Notes: generated from the sequence alone by a model not told the origin. DNA of 64,000 nucleotides from an uncultured delta proteobacterium (GCA_963755125.1 CAVWIP010000016.1:32001-96000); one strand, 5' to 3'; counted from the stretch's first letter, positions 47,190 through 59,193 are shown. A program made the numbers and translations.

Positions 47190-49991
47190 TTACTGCGCTG
47201 CCACCGTCATCGTCGGCAGTGGCCAGCAAACCGCTGTCCCACCTGGAACGGTGGCGGCCACGCTGGCTGAGCCAGTCGTGCCGGTCGCACTGGTATTGAT
47301 GACGTAATCGGTCACGCCGACGCGGCCACCTGAGCCGGTCTTGTTGATGTAGCTGGTAATCGGGTTGGTTCCTGGCGACTGGGCCACGGTATTGAGCGAG
47401 AGCAGCGCAGAACTCGTGTTGGTCAAGGTCAAGGTGACGTTCGCTCCGATGTCTCCCCAGTTCTGCAGCAGGAAATTCCGCGAGGTGAAAGTGTTGCCCA
47501 TCCGTGGGTCGGTGGCGGTGAGCGATGGCGGCAGTTGCAGGAACAGGCCCGAGGCGAGTTCCGAGACCGGGATGGTGAAGGTGCTGGCCCCGACCGTCAC
47601 CGTGAGCGTGTTCGAGTACTCCGGGCCGCTGCTCGGGGCGATGACACTCAGGTCGGTGGGAATTGGAGCCGCGGAGATCGTGAACGTGGCGGTGGAGTTC
47701 TTCGCGACCGTGCCCGAACTGGCGCTCAGCGTGAAGGTGGTGCCGTTGATGGCGTTCCCCGGGATGGACGCGGTCCAGCTCGCATCCTGGTTGGTGACAT
47801 TCTTGATCGTCACCGTGCTGCTCCCCCCGGCCGGCGCACTCGCGCCACACGGGATGGCAGTGAACACGATCGAGGCCGGCGTGACAGTGATCGGCTGAGC
47901 GGTGGTTGCTGTGCCAGCCATGGTCGCACTGGCAACGGGCAGGGTTGTCGCGCACAAGGGTGTGTTGGTCAAAGTGAAGGTGGCCAGACCTCCAGAATAG
48001 GCGGTGTTCGACGCCACCACGGGCGCGTTGAAGTAAGCCGAAAAAGCGGTGGTACCGTCGGGCAAGGAGCTGAACCCCGGTAGCGTCGCGGTGTCGAATG
48101 ACCAGGTCCCGGAAGGCGCGTTGCCGCTGGAAGTCACCGCGAAGGTGACGGTGGCCGGGGCGTTACCGGCGTTGGTGAGGCCCATGGGGATCGATGCCTG
48201 GCCTCCGCCAGCGGTGTTGGCGAAGCTGAAAGCCGCGATCGAGTTGGTCGGCGGCGGCGCGAAGTTCTTCAGGACCGCGCCGTAGGGCGATTGCACAATG
48301 GAGAAGGAGTGCGGCAAGTCACCGACGGCGTTGGTGGTCACCGTGAGGGTGTCGTTGAAGGTCGTCGTTGCGGTCTGGAAATTCCAGTTCGACAGCACCG
48401 GAGTCGAGCTGAGCGTCAACGATACGCTCTTGCCCGGATTCACCAACCCGACCCCGTCACCGTTGTTGCCGATGGTGACGGTGTAGGGCGAGCTTACGCC
48501 TTGGCCGAGAGCGGCGGCGGTGATGGTGTAGCTAGCCGTCCCGGTATTTCCAAAGCTGATGGTTTGCGGCCCAGCAGTGGTACCGCAGTAGGTGAATCCC
48601 TGCGGCGGCGCACCGAAGACTGTCCCGTTCTGGGTCATTCCCGGACCGGTGAAGAAGACCTGCGAGGATGGATTGGTGGTGACCAAGGCGACTGTGCCGG
48701 TGCCGCTCAACTGCAGTGCCCCTGGCAGGGCCGAGCACAGCACCGTGCCGGCGACGACCGACATGGTGACCGCGCCGGTCGCGGCCTGTGCATCGGCGGC
48801 CACGCCGCCCGGTGCAAACCCGATGTTGACCGTCTGGGGGGTGCCGGCCACCACCCCATTCAACTGGGCGGTCGCACCTGAGTTGACGGTGAAGCTGGCG
48901 TCGGCTTGGCCGGTCAGCTTGGCGGCGGTCAGCGTGACGTTGACCGAGGCGTTGCCAGAGTTGGCCACCTTGATTGCCGTCGACGAGGACGTGCCAACCC
49001 GGACATTGCCGAAGGAATACGGAGCCGACGGCTGGAACGCAAGAATGGCACCCTGTGCGGTCTGGTTCAGCTTGATCACGTGGACGACGTCGGAGGGGAT
49101 CGTGGTGGTGATGTTCAGCACGTCTCCATATGCATTCGCAGTCGTGTCGGCGGGGAACGGGATCGCGGCGGGCGTGATGGTGACCGTCACGCTCGCGCCA
49201 GAGGTGCCGCTCGCGGCGAGACTGCCGGACGCCGGCGTGAAGCTGAATGGGCTGGGCGACCGCCCAAGCGCGGCGCTCCAGTTGAATGGCCCATCGCCGG
49301 TGTTGGACAGTGTCAGGGTTAGTGCCGCCGCCGCAACGGGAGTGGCGCTGCAGCCTACGAAGCCGCTATTGCCGAAGTTGAGGGCGCTCGGGTTGACGGT
49401 GAGTTCGCCTATCTCGACCGAGACGGTGTCGGGGCCAGCATCAGGGCCTGCGTCCGGGCCGGCATCGGGGCCTGCATCCGGATTTGTTGCCGTGTCTGTC
49501 CCGGTGCCGGTCAGTGCTGTGGTCGTGGTTCCTGTTCCGACAGGCGTAGTGGTTGTTGTACCCGTTCCAGTCCGTGTTGCGGTTCCAGTTCCCGTCACCG
49601 CACTGGTTCCAGTTCCCGTCACCGCACTGGTTCCAGTTCCCGTCACTGCGCTGGTTCCAGTTCCCGTCACTGCGCTGGTTCCAGTTCCCGTCACCGCGCT
49701 GGTTCCAGTTCCTGTCACTGCGCTGGTTCCAGTTCCCGTCACTGCGCTGGTTCCCGTCTGTGCCGTGGTCGTTGTCGTGGTCCCCGTGGTGGTCATGGTC
49801 ACCGATCCCGTACCCTGCGTGCTTTGGGGCAAATCGGGCGAGGCATCGGCAGAGCGAGTGACAGCGTCACCCCTGCTGGCATCCGGCGGAGCCGTAACGC
49901 CGCCGCAACCAACCCCGAGCGCAACGGCCGCTGCGCAACCCAACCACAGACGCGGAGCCGACGCGAAGGAAGTCAGTCGAAACGTATTCAT
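47190..49991 (-). CDS. Large surface lipoprotein/adhesin with a Thr-rich stalk and multiple Ig-like domains
   Basis: Lipobox-like GVGC; (SAVTGTGT)7; (PDAG)4; repeated LTLSNTG / VANSGN / FGNTG / LTNAGN Ig-like starts. Confidence 0.8.
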   Translation of the reverse strand: MNTFRLTSFASAPRLWLGCAAAVALGVGCGGVTAPPDASRGDAVTRSADASPDLPQSTQGTGSVTMTTTGTTTTTTAQTGTSAVTGTGTSAVTGTGTSAVTGTGTSAVTGTGTSAVTGTGTSAVTGTGTSAVTGTGTATRTGTGTTTTTPVGTGTTTTALTGTGTDTATNPDAGPDAGPDAGPDAGPDTVSVEIGELTVNPSALNFGNSGFVGCSATPVAAAALTLTLSNTGDGPFNWSAALGRSPSPFSFTPASGSLAASGTSGASVTVTITPAAIPFPADTTANAYGDVLNITTTIPSDVVHVIKLNQTAQGAILAFQPSAPYSFGNVRVGTSSSTAIKVANSGNASVNVTLTAAKLTGQADASFTVNSGATAQLNGVVAGTPQTVNIGFAPGGVAADAQAATGAVTMSVVAGTVLCSALPGALQLSGTGTVALVTTNPSSQVFFTGPGMTQNGTVFGAPPQGFTYCGTTAGPQTISFGNTGTASYTITAAALGQGVSSPYTVTIGNNGDGVGLVNPGKSVSLTLSSTPVLSNWNFQTATTTFNDTLTVTTNAVGDLPHSFSIVQSPYGAVLKNFAPPPTNSIAAFSFANTAGGGQASIPMGLTNAGNAPATVTFAVTSSGNAPSGTWSFDTATLPGFSSLPDGTTAFSAYFNAPVVASNTAYSGGLATFTLTNTPLCATTLPVASATMAGTATTAQPITVTPASIVFTAIPCGASAPAGGSSTVTIKNVTNQDASWTASIPGNAINGTTFTLSASSGTVAKNSTATFTISAAPIPTDLSVIAPSSGPEYSNTLTVTVGASTFTIPVSELASGLFLQLPPSLTATDPRMGNTFTSRNFLLQNWGDIGANVTLTLTNTSSALLSLNTVAQSPGTNPITSYINKTGSGGRVGVTDYVINTSATGTTGSASVAATVPGGTAVCWPLPTMTVAAQ
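49581..49748. repeat. Tandem repeat, 7 x 24 nt (coding VNTR)
   Basis: GGTTCCAGTTCC(C/T)GTCAC(C/T)GC(A/G)CT seven times with no spacers. Confidence 0.95.
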
Positions 49992-50184
49992 GAGCTACCT
50001 CCATGGGCCAGGGAACTTGCCGCGAGCATCTCAGTCAAAGCGCACAGACGCTCTCCCGTTTCCATCGGCAGCCGCGGGCGGAATATTGAGGAAACTCACT
50101 CGTGCGGCCGCAGCGCACCGCGCCGAATTGCCGCACGTGTCAGACCTGATCGGTGAAATGCGACAGTAGTGGTAGCCTAGCGGC

Positions 50185-52155
50185 ATGGCCGACCACTTCT
50201 ACGTAACCACGCCTATCTACTACGTGAATGCCGTGCCCCACCTGGGCACGTTCTACACCACCATCGTGGCCGACGCGCTGGCGCGCTACCATCGGGCGCG
50301 CCGCCACGATACCTACTTCCTCACTGGCACCGACGAGCACGGCCAGAAGATCGAACGCCTGGCACAGGATACGGGCATCAGTCCCAAGGCGTACTGCGAT
50401 GGGATAGTGGCCAAGTTCAAGGAGACCTGGGAGCGTATGGGGGTCAGCTACGACCGCTTCATCCGCACCACCGACGCCGACCACCACGCAGCCGTGGAAG
50501 CCATGTGGCAGCGCATTTCCGCCAACGGCGACATTTACCTGGCCGACTACGACGCCATGTACTGTGTGGGCTGCGAAGGCTGGAAGACCGAGGAAGAGGT
50601 GATGCTTGAGGATGGCAACAAGGTGTGCCCTCTGCACCACAAACCTGTGGAGCGTGTGCGCGAGCAGAATTACTTCTTCCGTCTGTCCAAATACGCGGAC
50701 AAACTACTCGCACTCTATGGGCAGCCCGGATTCATCCGGCCCGAGTCGCGCAAGAACGAAGTCACCGAGTTCGTGAAGAGCGGGCTGCGCGACCTTTCCA
50801 TCTCGCGCACTTCGGTGAAATGGGGCATTCCCGTGCCCAACGACCCGAAACACGTGGTGTACGTGTGGCTCGACGCCCTGACCAATTACGTGTCGGCCCT
50901 GGGTGGGCCGGATCGGGTACTCACCGACCCGCGTAGCCAGGCGCTGTGGGGCGCATGCACCCATCTCATCGCCAAGGACATCCTGCGCTTCCACGCGGTG
51001 TACTGGCCAGCCTTCCTGATGTCGGCCGGGCTGCCGCCGCCCAGGGGCGTGTTCTGCCACGGCTACATCACGGTCAAGGGGCAGAAGATCTCGAAGTCCA
51101 TTCCAGCGACGCGGGTGGACCCCAATCTGATCGCGGGCGAGCTGGGCGCCGATACGCTTCGCTATTTCGTGCTACGCGAGTATTCATTGGGGGGCGACGG
51201 CGACTTCACCTACGAGGCGCTGTTCCAGCGCCACGAATCCGATCTGGGCAACGACCTGGGCAACCTGGTCAATCGCACGGTGTCCCTGGCCCGTGCGCTT
51301 ACCGACGGGCTCGATGCGTCCCACCGCTGCGGGTACTCGGCGGGCGACCCGTTGTCCGAGGAGGAACTGGTGCTGCGCACCGGCGCGCGCGAGGCGATCC
51401 TGGCTGCCACCAGGGCGTGGGACGAGTTCCAGCCGTCGCGCGCCCTGGAAGCAACCTGGTCCATGATCCGCGCCGGCAACGTGTACCTGGATCGCACCGC
51501 GCCCTGGAAATTGAAGAAAGCCGGCCAGACCGCCGAGCTGCGCGATGTCCTGGCCAATACCTGCGAGGTGATTCGCCGGGCGGCCATGATGATCGCGCCG
51601 GCCATGCCGGCCTCGGCCCGCGAGATCCTGCGCCAGATCGGGCGCGAGCCGGACCTGGGCCTGTGGCCCGTCGAGGACTGGGGCGGCTGGCCCGGCGGCA
51701 AGCTGTGCGAGCCCAAGCCCATCTTTCCCCGCGTAGATCCCGACCGACAGAAGGAGCTGATCGCGACCTGGCTCGACCAGACCCCGCCCGTCGCAGTTGC
51801 CGCTGTCGCCAGCGCATCCAGCCAGCCCACGCCCGAGATCAGCATCGAGGAGTTCCAGAAGCTGGATCTGCGCGCCGCCAAGGTTCTGCAGGCCGAGCCG
51901 GTGCCCAAGACCGACAAGCTGCTCAAGCTGACGCTCGATCTGGGCGGCGAGCAACGCACGGTGATCTCGGGCATCGCCGGCGCCTATGCGCCCGCCGACC
52001 TCGTCGGCCGCACGGTGCTGTACTTTTCCAATCTGAAACCAGCCAAGATCCGGGGCGTCCTGTCCCAGGGCATGATCCTGGCAGCCGGCGGCGACAAGGT
52101 CCTTGCCTTGTGCAGCTTCGATGGCGACGTGCCACCGGGCGCGAAAGTGAAGTAG
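50185..52155 (+). CDS. metG: Methionine--tRNA ligase with C-terminal tRNA-binding domain
   Basis: FYVTTPIYYVN, TGTDEHGQK, YVWLDAL, KDILRFH, KISKS, GVLSQGMIL. Confidence 0.96.
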   Translation: MADHFYVTTPIYYVNAVPHLGTFYTTIVADALARYHRARRHDTYFLTGTDEHGQKIERLAQDTGISPKAYCDGIVAKFKETWERMGVSYDRFIRTTDADHHAAVEAMWQRISANGDIYLADYDAMYCVGCEGWKTEEEVMLEDGNKVCPLHHKPVERVREQNYFFRLSKYADKLLALYGQPGFIRPESRKNEVTEFVKSGLRDLSISRTSVKWGIPVPNDPKHVVYVWLDALTNYVSALGGPDRVLTDPRSQALWGACTHLIAKDILRFHAVYWPAFLMSAGLPPPRGVFCHGYITVKGQKISKSIPATRVDPNLIAGELGADTLRYFVLREYSLGGDGDFTYEALFQRHESDLGNDLGNLVNRTVSLARALTDGLDASHRCGYSAGDPLSEEELVLRTGAREAILAATRAWDEFQPSRALEATWSMIRAGNVYLDRTAPWKLKKAGQTAELRDVLANTCEVIRRAAMMIAPAMPASAREILRQIGREPDLGLWPVEDWGGWPGGKLCEPKPIFPRVDPDRQKELIATWLDQTPPVAVAAVASASSQPTPEISIEEFQKLDLRAAKVLQAEPVPKTDKLLKLTLDLGGEQRTVISGIAGAYAPADLVGRTVLYFSNLKPAKIRGVLSQGMILAAGGDKVLALCSFDGDVPPGAKVK

Positions 52156-52259
52156 GGGATTGGGCCGATAGCCGGCCCGCGCGTCTCTTCTGGCGGTTGC
52201 GGGCGTGAATCCGGACTTCCCCGGTCGACTATTGGCACTGGCCGTGATAGTTGAGAGGC

Positions 52260-53507
<1,248 letters not shown>

Positions 53508-53528
53508 GGGCTGCCCTGGCCAGCACTT

Positions 53529-53561
53529 CTCTGTGCTCTCCTCTCTCCCCTCTGTGTTCTC
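53529..53561 (-). repeat. 33-bp dispersed repeat, copy 4
   Basis: Reverse complement GAGAACACAGAGGGGAGAGAGGAGAGCACAGAG. Confidence 0.75.
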
Positions 53562-53578
53562 AGCAGGCTGTCGATTGA

Positions 53579-56500
53579 ATGCCTGAGCCTCTCACCAAGC
53601 TGCTGGCCTCACTGCGCCGTTCCTGCAAGGCCGGCCTGTGGTCCAGCGGCGTGAACCTGGCGCGCGCCGGGGCCGTGGCGGTGGAATCTCGCAGCGACGA
53701 GGAGATCGTGCTGCGCGTGCGCAGTCCGGGCCGGGCCGTGGCGCCCACAGTGGTGTTGTATCCAGGCGAGAACGAATGGGACTGCGACTGCCCGGGTCGG
53801 GTGCGCCCCTGCGAACACCTCGCCGCCGCGGCCATTGCGCTCGGCCAAGGCGAGCCTGCAAGCGCCGGCGACGCCGAGGCCAAGCCTTTGCCCAAGGCCG
53901 AGGAGACATGGGCGCGCGTCGTGTACCGCTTCTCGCAAGTTCCAGGTGGACTGCAACTGCGACGTTTCGTTGTTCGCGGCGACGGCACTGAAACGCCCCT
54001 CGCAGGCACTCTGTCCGCTTTGCTTTCCCGGCCGGACGAGGCCCGCAGCCTGCACGTCGAGCAATACGATCTGCAAGCGGATCGCATCCTGGAATCGGGC
54101 AGCCGCGGCACACTGCCGCCACCCAAGCTCGATGCTCTGGTGCGCGTGCTGGTGGGCGCCCGCCTGGTTCTTCTCGACGGCCGCGAAATCGCGATGTCCG
54201 AGGAGGAGATCCTGCCCGGCGCTCTGGTGGAAGATCGCGGCGACGAGGTGGTGGTCACCATCCATCGCGATCCGCGCATCACCTCGGTCCCAAGCGCTGG
54301 GTTGGTGCTGGCCGGCGAGGCGCTGGCCCGCCACGGCGAGCTCGAACTGTGCGGCGCCTGGCTGCAGCATCTGCCCATCGTCCAGCGCTACGCCCCCGGC
54401 CAACTCGCCGAACTGGCGACGCGCGTGCTGCCCGAACTCTCGCGCCGCATGACCGTCGAGGTGCGCAGCAAACGCCTGCCCAAGATCGTGCGCGGCCTGG
54501 TCCCGCGCCTGGTGCTCGACATGAGCCAGCTGGGATCGTCGCTGGCGGTTCTGCCCAAGCTGGTTTACGGCAACCCGCCCTGCGTGCGTATCGACGACGG
54601 TCGCATGGTCCACCTGTCCGGCCCGGTGCCGGTGCGCGATGAGCCAGCCGAACGTCGCCTGGTGGAGAAACTGCGCTCCGATCTCGATCTCATGCCGGGC
54701 CGGCGCTCGACCTTCGAAGGCGCGGACACCGCGCGCTTCGTGGACAAGGTCAAGCGCTGGCACGGCGATCTGGCCGGCGACGGAGCGCGCCTGCTGGGTG
54801 CGCGCGTGCGGCTGGAACCCAACATGCGCGTGCGCGATCTACCTGCGTCGGGCAATGGCGTCCCACAGGCGGCCTTCGATTTCACTTTCACCGTCGTGGG
54901 CGAAACCGAGGCAGAGCAGCGCGCGCTCGGGCCTGGGCCGCATTCCGTTGACGCAGCCACGGTTGTTCGCGCCTGGGAAGACGGTCTGGGCCTGGTTCCG
55001 CTCCAGGGCGGCGGATTCGCGCCTCTGCCGCAGGCATGGCTCGACCAGCACGGCGGGGTCCTGGCGCGCCTGCTCGCGGCCCGCGCCAGCGACGGCCGCC
55101 TCGCCAACCACGCCCTGCTCGCGCTCGGCAGCCTGTGCGACGATCTCGACCAGCCACCGCCCGCCGGGCTGGATCGCCTGGCGCCCTTGGCCGAAAGCTT
55201 CGAACGCCTGCCCGAGGCGACGCTGCCGGCGGATCTGCGCGCCACCCTGCGGCCCTATCAGAAAGTTGCGGTCAACTGGCTGGCCTTTCTGCGCAGCGTG
55301 GGCCTGGGCGGCATCCTGGCCGACGACATGGGCCTCGGGAAAACCGTCGAAGCCATGTGTCTCTTCGAGAAGAAATGCCTGGTCGTTGCGCCGACGAGCG
55401 TGTTGCCCAACTGGCAAGCCGAGCTGGCGCGCTTTCGTCCTTCGTTGCGAGTCAGCGTGTACCACGGCCCGACCCGCAAGCTCGACGACGCTGACGTCAC
55501 GCTCACCACCTACGCGATCTTGCGTCTCGACAGTGCTGAGTTATCCGCAAAGCATTTCGCCCTGACAGTGCTCGACGAGGCTCAGGCCATCAAGAATCCC
55601 GACAGTCAGGTGGCCCGCGCCGCCTACGCGCTTTCCGCCGAGTTCCGCATCGTCATGACCGGCACGCCAGTGGAGAACCGCCTCGATGAGCTGTGGAGCC
55701 TCATGCACTTTGCCAACCGCGGCCTGCTGGGCGGCCGGCGCGAATTCGACGCCGAGTTTGCCCGCCCGGTGGCCGACGGCATGGCCGGCGCGGCCGCGAA
55801 CCTGCGCCAGCGCATCCGTCCCTTTGTCATGCGCCGACGCAAAGCCGAGGTCGCGCCCGAGCTGCCCCCGCGCACCGAGGCCACGCTCAAGGTCGTGCTC
55901 GACGAGCGCGAACGCGCCGTATACGACGCCGTCCGCGCCGCGACCCAGGCCGAGCTGGTCGCCTCGATGAGCGGCGCTGACGAAAAGGGATTCAGTGTAA
56001 TGAAGGCCCTGGAGGCATTGTTGCGCTTGCGCCAGGCCGCCTGCCACCGCGGGCTTTTACCCGGACAGAAGGCCGACACTTCCGGCAAAGTCGAGGCGTT
56101 GCTCGAATCCCTGGAAACCGCAGCCGCCGATGGCCACAAGGCCCTGGTCTTCTCACAGTGGACGTCATTGCTCGACCTGATTGAGCCCGCACTGAACAAT
56201 GCCGGCATTTCTTACACACGATTGGACGGCTCGACCCGCGACCGCGGCGAAGTTGTTTCGAAGTTCCAGTCCGAGGACGGCCCGCCAGTCATGCTCGTTT
56301 CACTGAAGGCCGGCGGCACCGGCCTCAATTTGACCGCCGCCGACCACGTGTTTCTGTGCGACCCCTGGTGGAATCCCGCAGTGGAAGACCAGGCAGCCGA
56401 CCGCGCCCATAGAATCGGGCAGGACCGCCCAGTGACCATCTACCGACTCATCGCCGTCGACACAGTCGAGGAGCGCATTCTGGACTTGCAGGAAAAGAAG

Positions 56501-56584
56501 CGTGCCCTGGGCGAAGCCGCTCTCGGCGACGGCGGCGCGGCGGCCTCGCTGACCAGAGAAGATTTGATGGCGTTGCTGGCGTAG
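53579..56584 (+). CDS. SWIM zinc-finger / SNF2-family helicase
   Basis: [12 protein letters not shown] (SWIM), [44 protein letters not shown]. Confidence 0.93.
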   Translation: MPEPLTKLLASLRRSCKAGLWSSGVNLARAGAVAVESRSDEEIVLRVRSPGRAVAPTVVLYPGENEWDCDCPGRVRPCEHLAAAAIALGQGEPASAGDAEAKPLPKAEETWARVVYRFSQVPGGLQLRRFVVRGDGTETPLAGTLSALLSRPDEARSLHVEQYDLQADRILESGSRGTLPPPKLDALVRVLVGARLVLLDGREIAMSEEEILPGALVEDRGDEVVVTIHRDPRITSVPSAGLVLAGEALARHGELELCGAWLQHLPIVQRYAPGQLAELATRVLPELSRRMTVEVRSKRLPKIVRGLVPRLVLDMSQLGSSLAVLPKLVYGNPPCVRIDDGRMVHLSGPVPVRDEPAERRLVEKLRSDLDLMPGRRSTFEGADTARFVDKVKRWHGDLAGDGARLLGARVRLEPNMRVRDLPASGNGVPQAAFDFTFTVVGETEAEQRALGPGPHSVDAATVVRAWEDGLGLVPLQGGGFAPLPQAWLDQHGGVLARLLAARASDGRLANHALLALGSLCDDLDQPPPAGLDRLAPLAESFERLPEATLPADLRATLRPYQKVAVNWLAFLRSVGLGGILADDMGLGKTVEAMCLFEKKCLVVAPTSVLPNWQAELARFRPSLRVSVYHGPTRKLDDADVTLTTYAILRLDSAELSAKHFALTVLDEAQAIKNPDSQVARAAYALSAEFRIVMTGTPVENRLDELWSLMHFANRGLLGGRREFDAEFARPVADGMAGAAANLRQRIRPFVMRRRKAEVAPELPPRTEATLKVVLDERERAVYDAVRAATQAELVASMSGADEKGFSVMKALEALLRLRQAACHRGLLPGQKADTSGKVEALLESLETAAADGHKALVFSQWTSLLDLIEPALNNAGISYTRLDGSTRDRGEVVSKFQSEDGPPVMLVSLKAGGTGLNLTAADHVFLCDPWWNPAVEDQAADRAHRIGQDRPVTIYRLIAVDTVEERILDLQEKKRALGEAALGDGGAAASLTREDLMALLA

Positions 56585-56892
56585 CGGGGGAGGTGCTGGT
56601 TGACCTTGGGACCCCAAATGGGCATCGCGGGGTTATCGGATCTCGATGGTGTGCGTGTGTACCTGTTTCACCCAGGCCGCAATCGTGTTGATTTCCTCGT
56701 CGGTCGCTACACCTACGCATCCGTCCGAAGAATCGAAGGTGTTCACGAGAGAGCCAAGCCAGCGCACCCACCGGTGAGGACCGTGCCCCAGATTCTTTGC
56801 AAGCAGCGTTCGAGAATGCCGCCAGACCAGCCAAGACCCGGCCCGTCTGTCTTGTTCCTTTGTGCTGCCCGTGGCTGGAGTAGAATATCGTC

Positions 56893-57183
56893 ATGGCTGG
56901 CACCGGCATGCCCGACCCGAATTTGCAGTCGGAGAACCTGCGCCTGGCCGAACAGGTGCGTGTGTTCTCTGGGGACGAGCATGTTCGCCGCGAGGCCGCG
57001 CCATGGCGGGACGCAACGCCAGCGGAGCGCGTGGCCGAAACCTGGCGTCTGTGCGCTCTGGTGCCGTGGTTCCGATCGCTCTGGCCCGAGGACGTGCGTG
57101 CCCGCGCCGACGCGCCCGAGCCGCTGCCGGCGAGCACCCTGGCGATTCTCGAACGGCTCAAGCAGGCGGGGAGTGGCAAATGA
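56893..57183 (+). CDS. Small helical protein, putative antitoxin or partner of the downstream nucleotidyltransferase
   Basis: WRDATPAERV motif; stop overlaps the next ATG (ATGA). Confidence 0.6.
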   Translation: MAGTGMPDPNLQSENLRLAEQVRVFSGDEHVRREAAPWRDATPAERVAETWRLCALVPWFRSLWPEDVRARADAPEPLPASTLAILERLKQAGSGK

Positions 57184-57761
57184 CGGCGCGGGAGGCGCCA
57201 CCGACCGAGGTTGCCGCGCGATTGGCCGATCGTCTCGACGAGGATGGGTTGCCTTATGCCCTGGGCGGCGCTCTGGCGCTGGGTGCGTGGGGCGTGCCGC
57301 GAACCACGTCGGACGTCGACGCATCGGTCTTCGTGAGCGAAAGGGAACTGGACCGTCTGCTCGACAGCGTGGAGCGAGCAGGCGCCGTGGTGGAGCGGGC
57401 AGAAGCCCACCGCTCGGTCGCGCGCACAGGTTTCTTCGTCGCGTTCTTTGGCAGGACGCGCATCGATCTATTCATCGCTCATCATCCGTGGCACGCGGAG
57501 ATGCAACGACGACGTGTTTCGCTGCCAACGCCTGACGGGCAACCGCGATGGTTCCTTTCGCCAGAAGACACGGCGCTGGCCAAGCTGCTCTACGCACGGC
57601 CCAAGGACGTGCTGGATCTCGATCGACTGTTTTCCGTGCAAGCTGGGCGCATCGATCTTGCGTACTTGCGCGAGTGGTTGCCACGCATGGTGCCGGCCGG
57701 GGACGCGCGCCTTGGGTTGCTCGAGGATCTGGCGCGCAGGCTTGCCACCGCGCGAGAGTGA
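57180..57761 (+). CDS. Nucleotidyltransferase (DUF6036/AbiEii-like)
   Basis: YALGGALAL...PRTTSDVD; IDLF; SPED..LAKL...RPKDVLD. Confidence 0.8.
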   Translation: MTAREAPPTEVAARLADRLDEDGLPYALGGALALGAWGVPRTTSDVDASVFVSERELDRLLDSVERAGAVVERAEAHRSVARTGFFVAFFGRTRIDLFIAHHPWHAEMQRRRVSLPTPDGQPRWFLSPEDTALAKLLYARPKDVLDLDRLFSVQAGRIDLAYLREWLPRMVPAGDARLGLLEDLARRLATARE

Positions 57762-57776
57762 GTCGTCCGTGTAGAC

Positions 57777-58592
57777 ATGACTTCGTCCAACCCACTTTCC
57801 AGTCCCGTGCCCTGGGATCTCGTCGCATCCGAGTATGCCGCCGAGGTCGCTCCCGTGTTTGCCTGGTTTGCCCAGCAGGCGATCGATCTCGCGCTTCTCT
57901 CGCCCGGCGCGCGTGTGCTGGATGTGGCCGCCGGGCCCGGGACGCTGTCATTCTTGGCGGCGCGGACGGGCGCGCGCGTGACGGCGATCGATTTCTCGCC
58001 CGCGATGATTGAAAAACTGCGCGAACGTGCGTTCGCCGACCGAGTGGCGATCGAATCTCACGTGGGGGATGGACAGGCGTTGCCCTTCGCGGACGCATCG
58101 TTCGATGGGGCGTTCTCGATGTTCGGTCTGATGTTCTTCCCTGATCGAATCCTCGGCTTGCGTGAGCTGCTGCGCATGCTGGTGCCGGGCGGTGTGGCGG
58201 TGGTGTCGAGTTGGGCGTCCGAGGACGGCGACACCTGGCGCAACCTGATCTGGGACGCGGTTCGAGAGCACCTGCCCAATTTGCCGCTCGGCGGCTCAAC
58301 TCCTCCGTTGGGCAATGTCGATGACTGCCGGCGCGAGATGACGGCAGCGGGATTCGAGAGCGTCGAGATTCACGAGGTGACCCACACACTGCCAACGATG
58401 ACGACCCGGCAAGCGTGGGCGTGGATGGTGCGGGCAACCGCCCCGGTTGCCTTGCTACGCCAGAAGCTCGGGCCTATGAAATGGGCCGGCTTCGAGACCT
58501 GCGTCCTGGCCAGGTTGATCGAGGCATTTGGCGAGAAGGGAGGCAGCATGCAGCGCAAGGCAAACCTTTCGGTCGGCCGCAAACCAAGGTAG
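57777..58592 (+). CDS. Class I SAM-dependent methyltransferase
   Basis: VLDVAAGPG, IDFSPAMI, LPFADASFD, MLVPGG. Confidence 0.9.
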   Translation: MTSSNPLSSPVPWDLVASEYAAEVAPVFAWFAQQAIDLALLSPGARVLDVAAGPGTLSFLAARTGARVTAIDFSPAMIEKLRERAFADRVAIESHVGDGQALPFADASFDGAFSMFGLMFFPDRILGLRELLRMLVPGGVAVVSSWASEDGDTWRNLIWDAVREHLPNLPLGGSTPPLGNVDDCRREMTAAGFESVEIHEVTHTLPTMTTRQAWAWMVRATAPVALLRQKLGPMKWAGFETCVLARLIEAFGEKGGSMQRKANLSVGRKPR

Positions 58593-58821
58593 TCCGGAAA
58601 GGGCATGGGCCTCTGGCCAAAACCTAACGGCTGCGCCGAAACAGAGCGCGTCCAGCACCTCTTCGACCGGCAGAAGCTTCCTGATTGAGAACGGAGTGTC
58701 ACGCCGTTGTTTCGGACGTTTCGCGGCAGTTGCTTCCCGGCAAATCCGTCGGTAACTCACGCCTCGATCCATTGTCGAACCCGCTTTGCTCTGCTTTCCT
58801 GAGTGCAGGGAGGCAATCACC

Positions 58822-59193
58822 ATGAAATGCATCGATGCCATCATCAAGCCATCCAAACTCGAGGACGTGAAACAACGGGTCCGACAGGTCGGGGTCAGGG
58901 CCATGACACTTTCGGAGGTCAAGGACTGTGACGGTACCGACGGCAAGCTAAGGATCTATCGTGGTTCGTCCTACATCATGGACTGCGTGCCCAAGGTGCG
59001 AATGCAGATCATGGTCGACGAGGACATGGTGAGGCCCGTGGTGGACGCCATCGTGGCCAGCGCTCGCCCCGGTGAAATCGGCAACGGCAACATCTTCATC
59101 TACCCCGTGGCCGAGACCGTTTGCATCCGAGTCGACGAGCGCCCCTACGGCGCGACAGGAAATAGCCATCACGACCGTGCCAGGGTCGCCTGA
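58822..59193 (+). CDS. Divergent P-II family signal transduction protein
   Basis: MKCIDAIIKPSKLEDV, YRGSSY..DCVPK, GEIGNGNIFI; GGAGG RBS. Confidence 0.85.
   Translation: MKCIDAIIKPSKLEDVKQRVRQVGVRAMTLSEVKDCDGTDGKLRIYRGSSYIMDCVPKVRMQIMVDEDMVRPVVDAIVASARPGEIGNGNIFIYPVAETVCIRVDERPYGATGNSHHDRARVA

Noticed and set aside
49581..49748. 24-nt repeats as a CRISPR array
   Set aside because: The units are contiguous with no spacers, are in frame within a CDS, and have no cas genes nearby.
48592..50169. 525-aa Val/Pro-rich plus-strand ORF
   Set aside because: Antisense of the Thr/Gly-rich adhesin.
53579..56584. SWIM-SNF2 helicase as part of a DISARM/Zorya-type defence system
   Set aside because: No DNA methylase, nuclease or other partner genes are adjacent, and the stand-alone architecture is common.
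56585..56890. 300-bp intergenic region as an RNA gene or attachment site
   Set aside because: No tRNA fold, repeat or convincing ORF could be supported.
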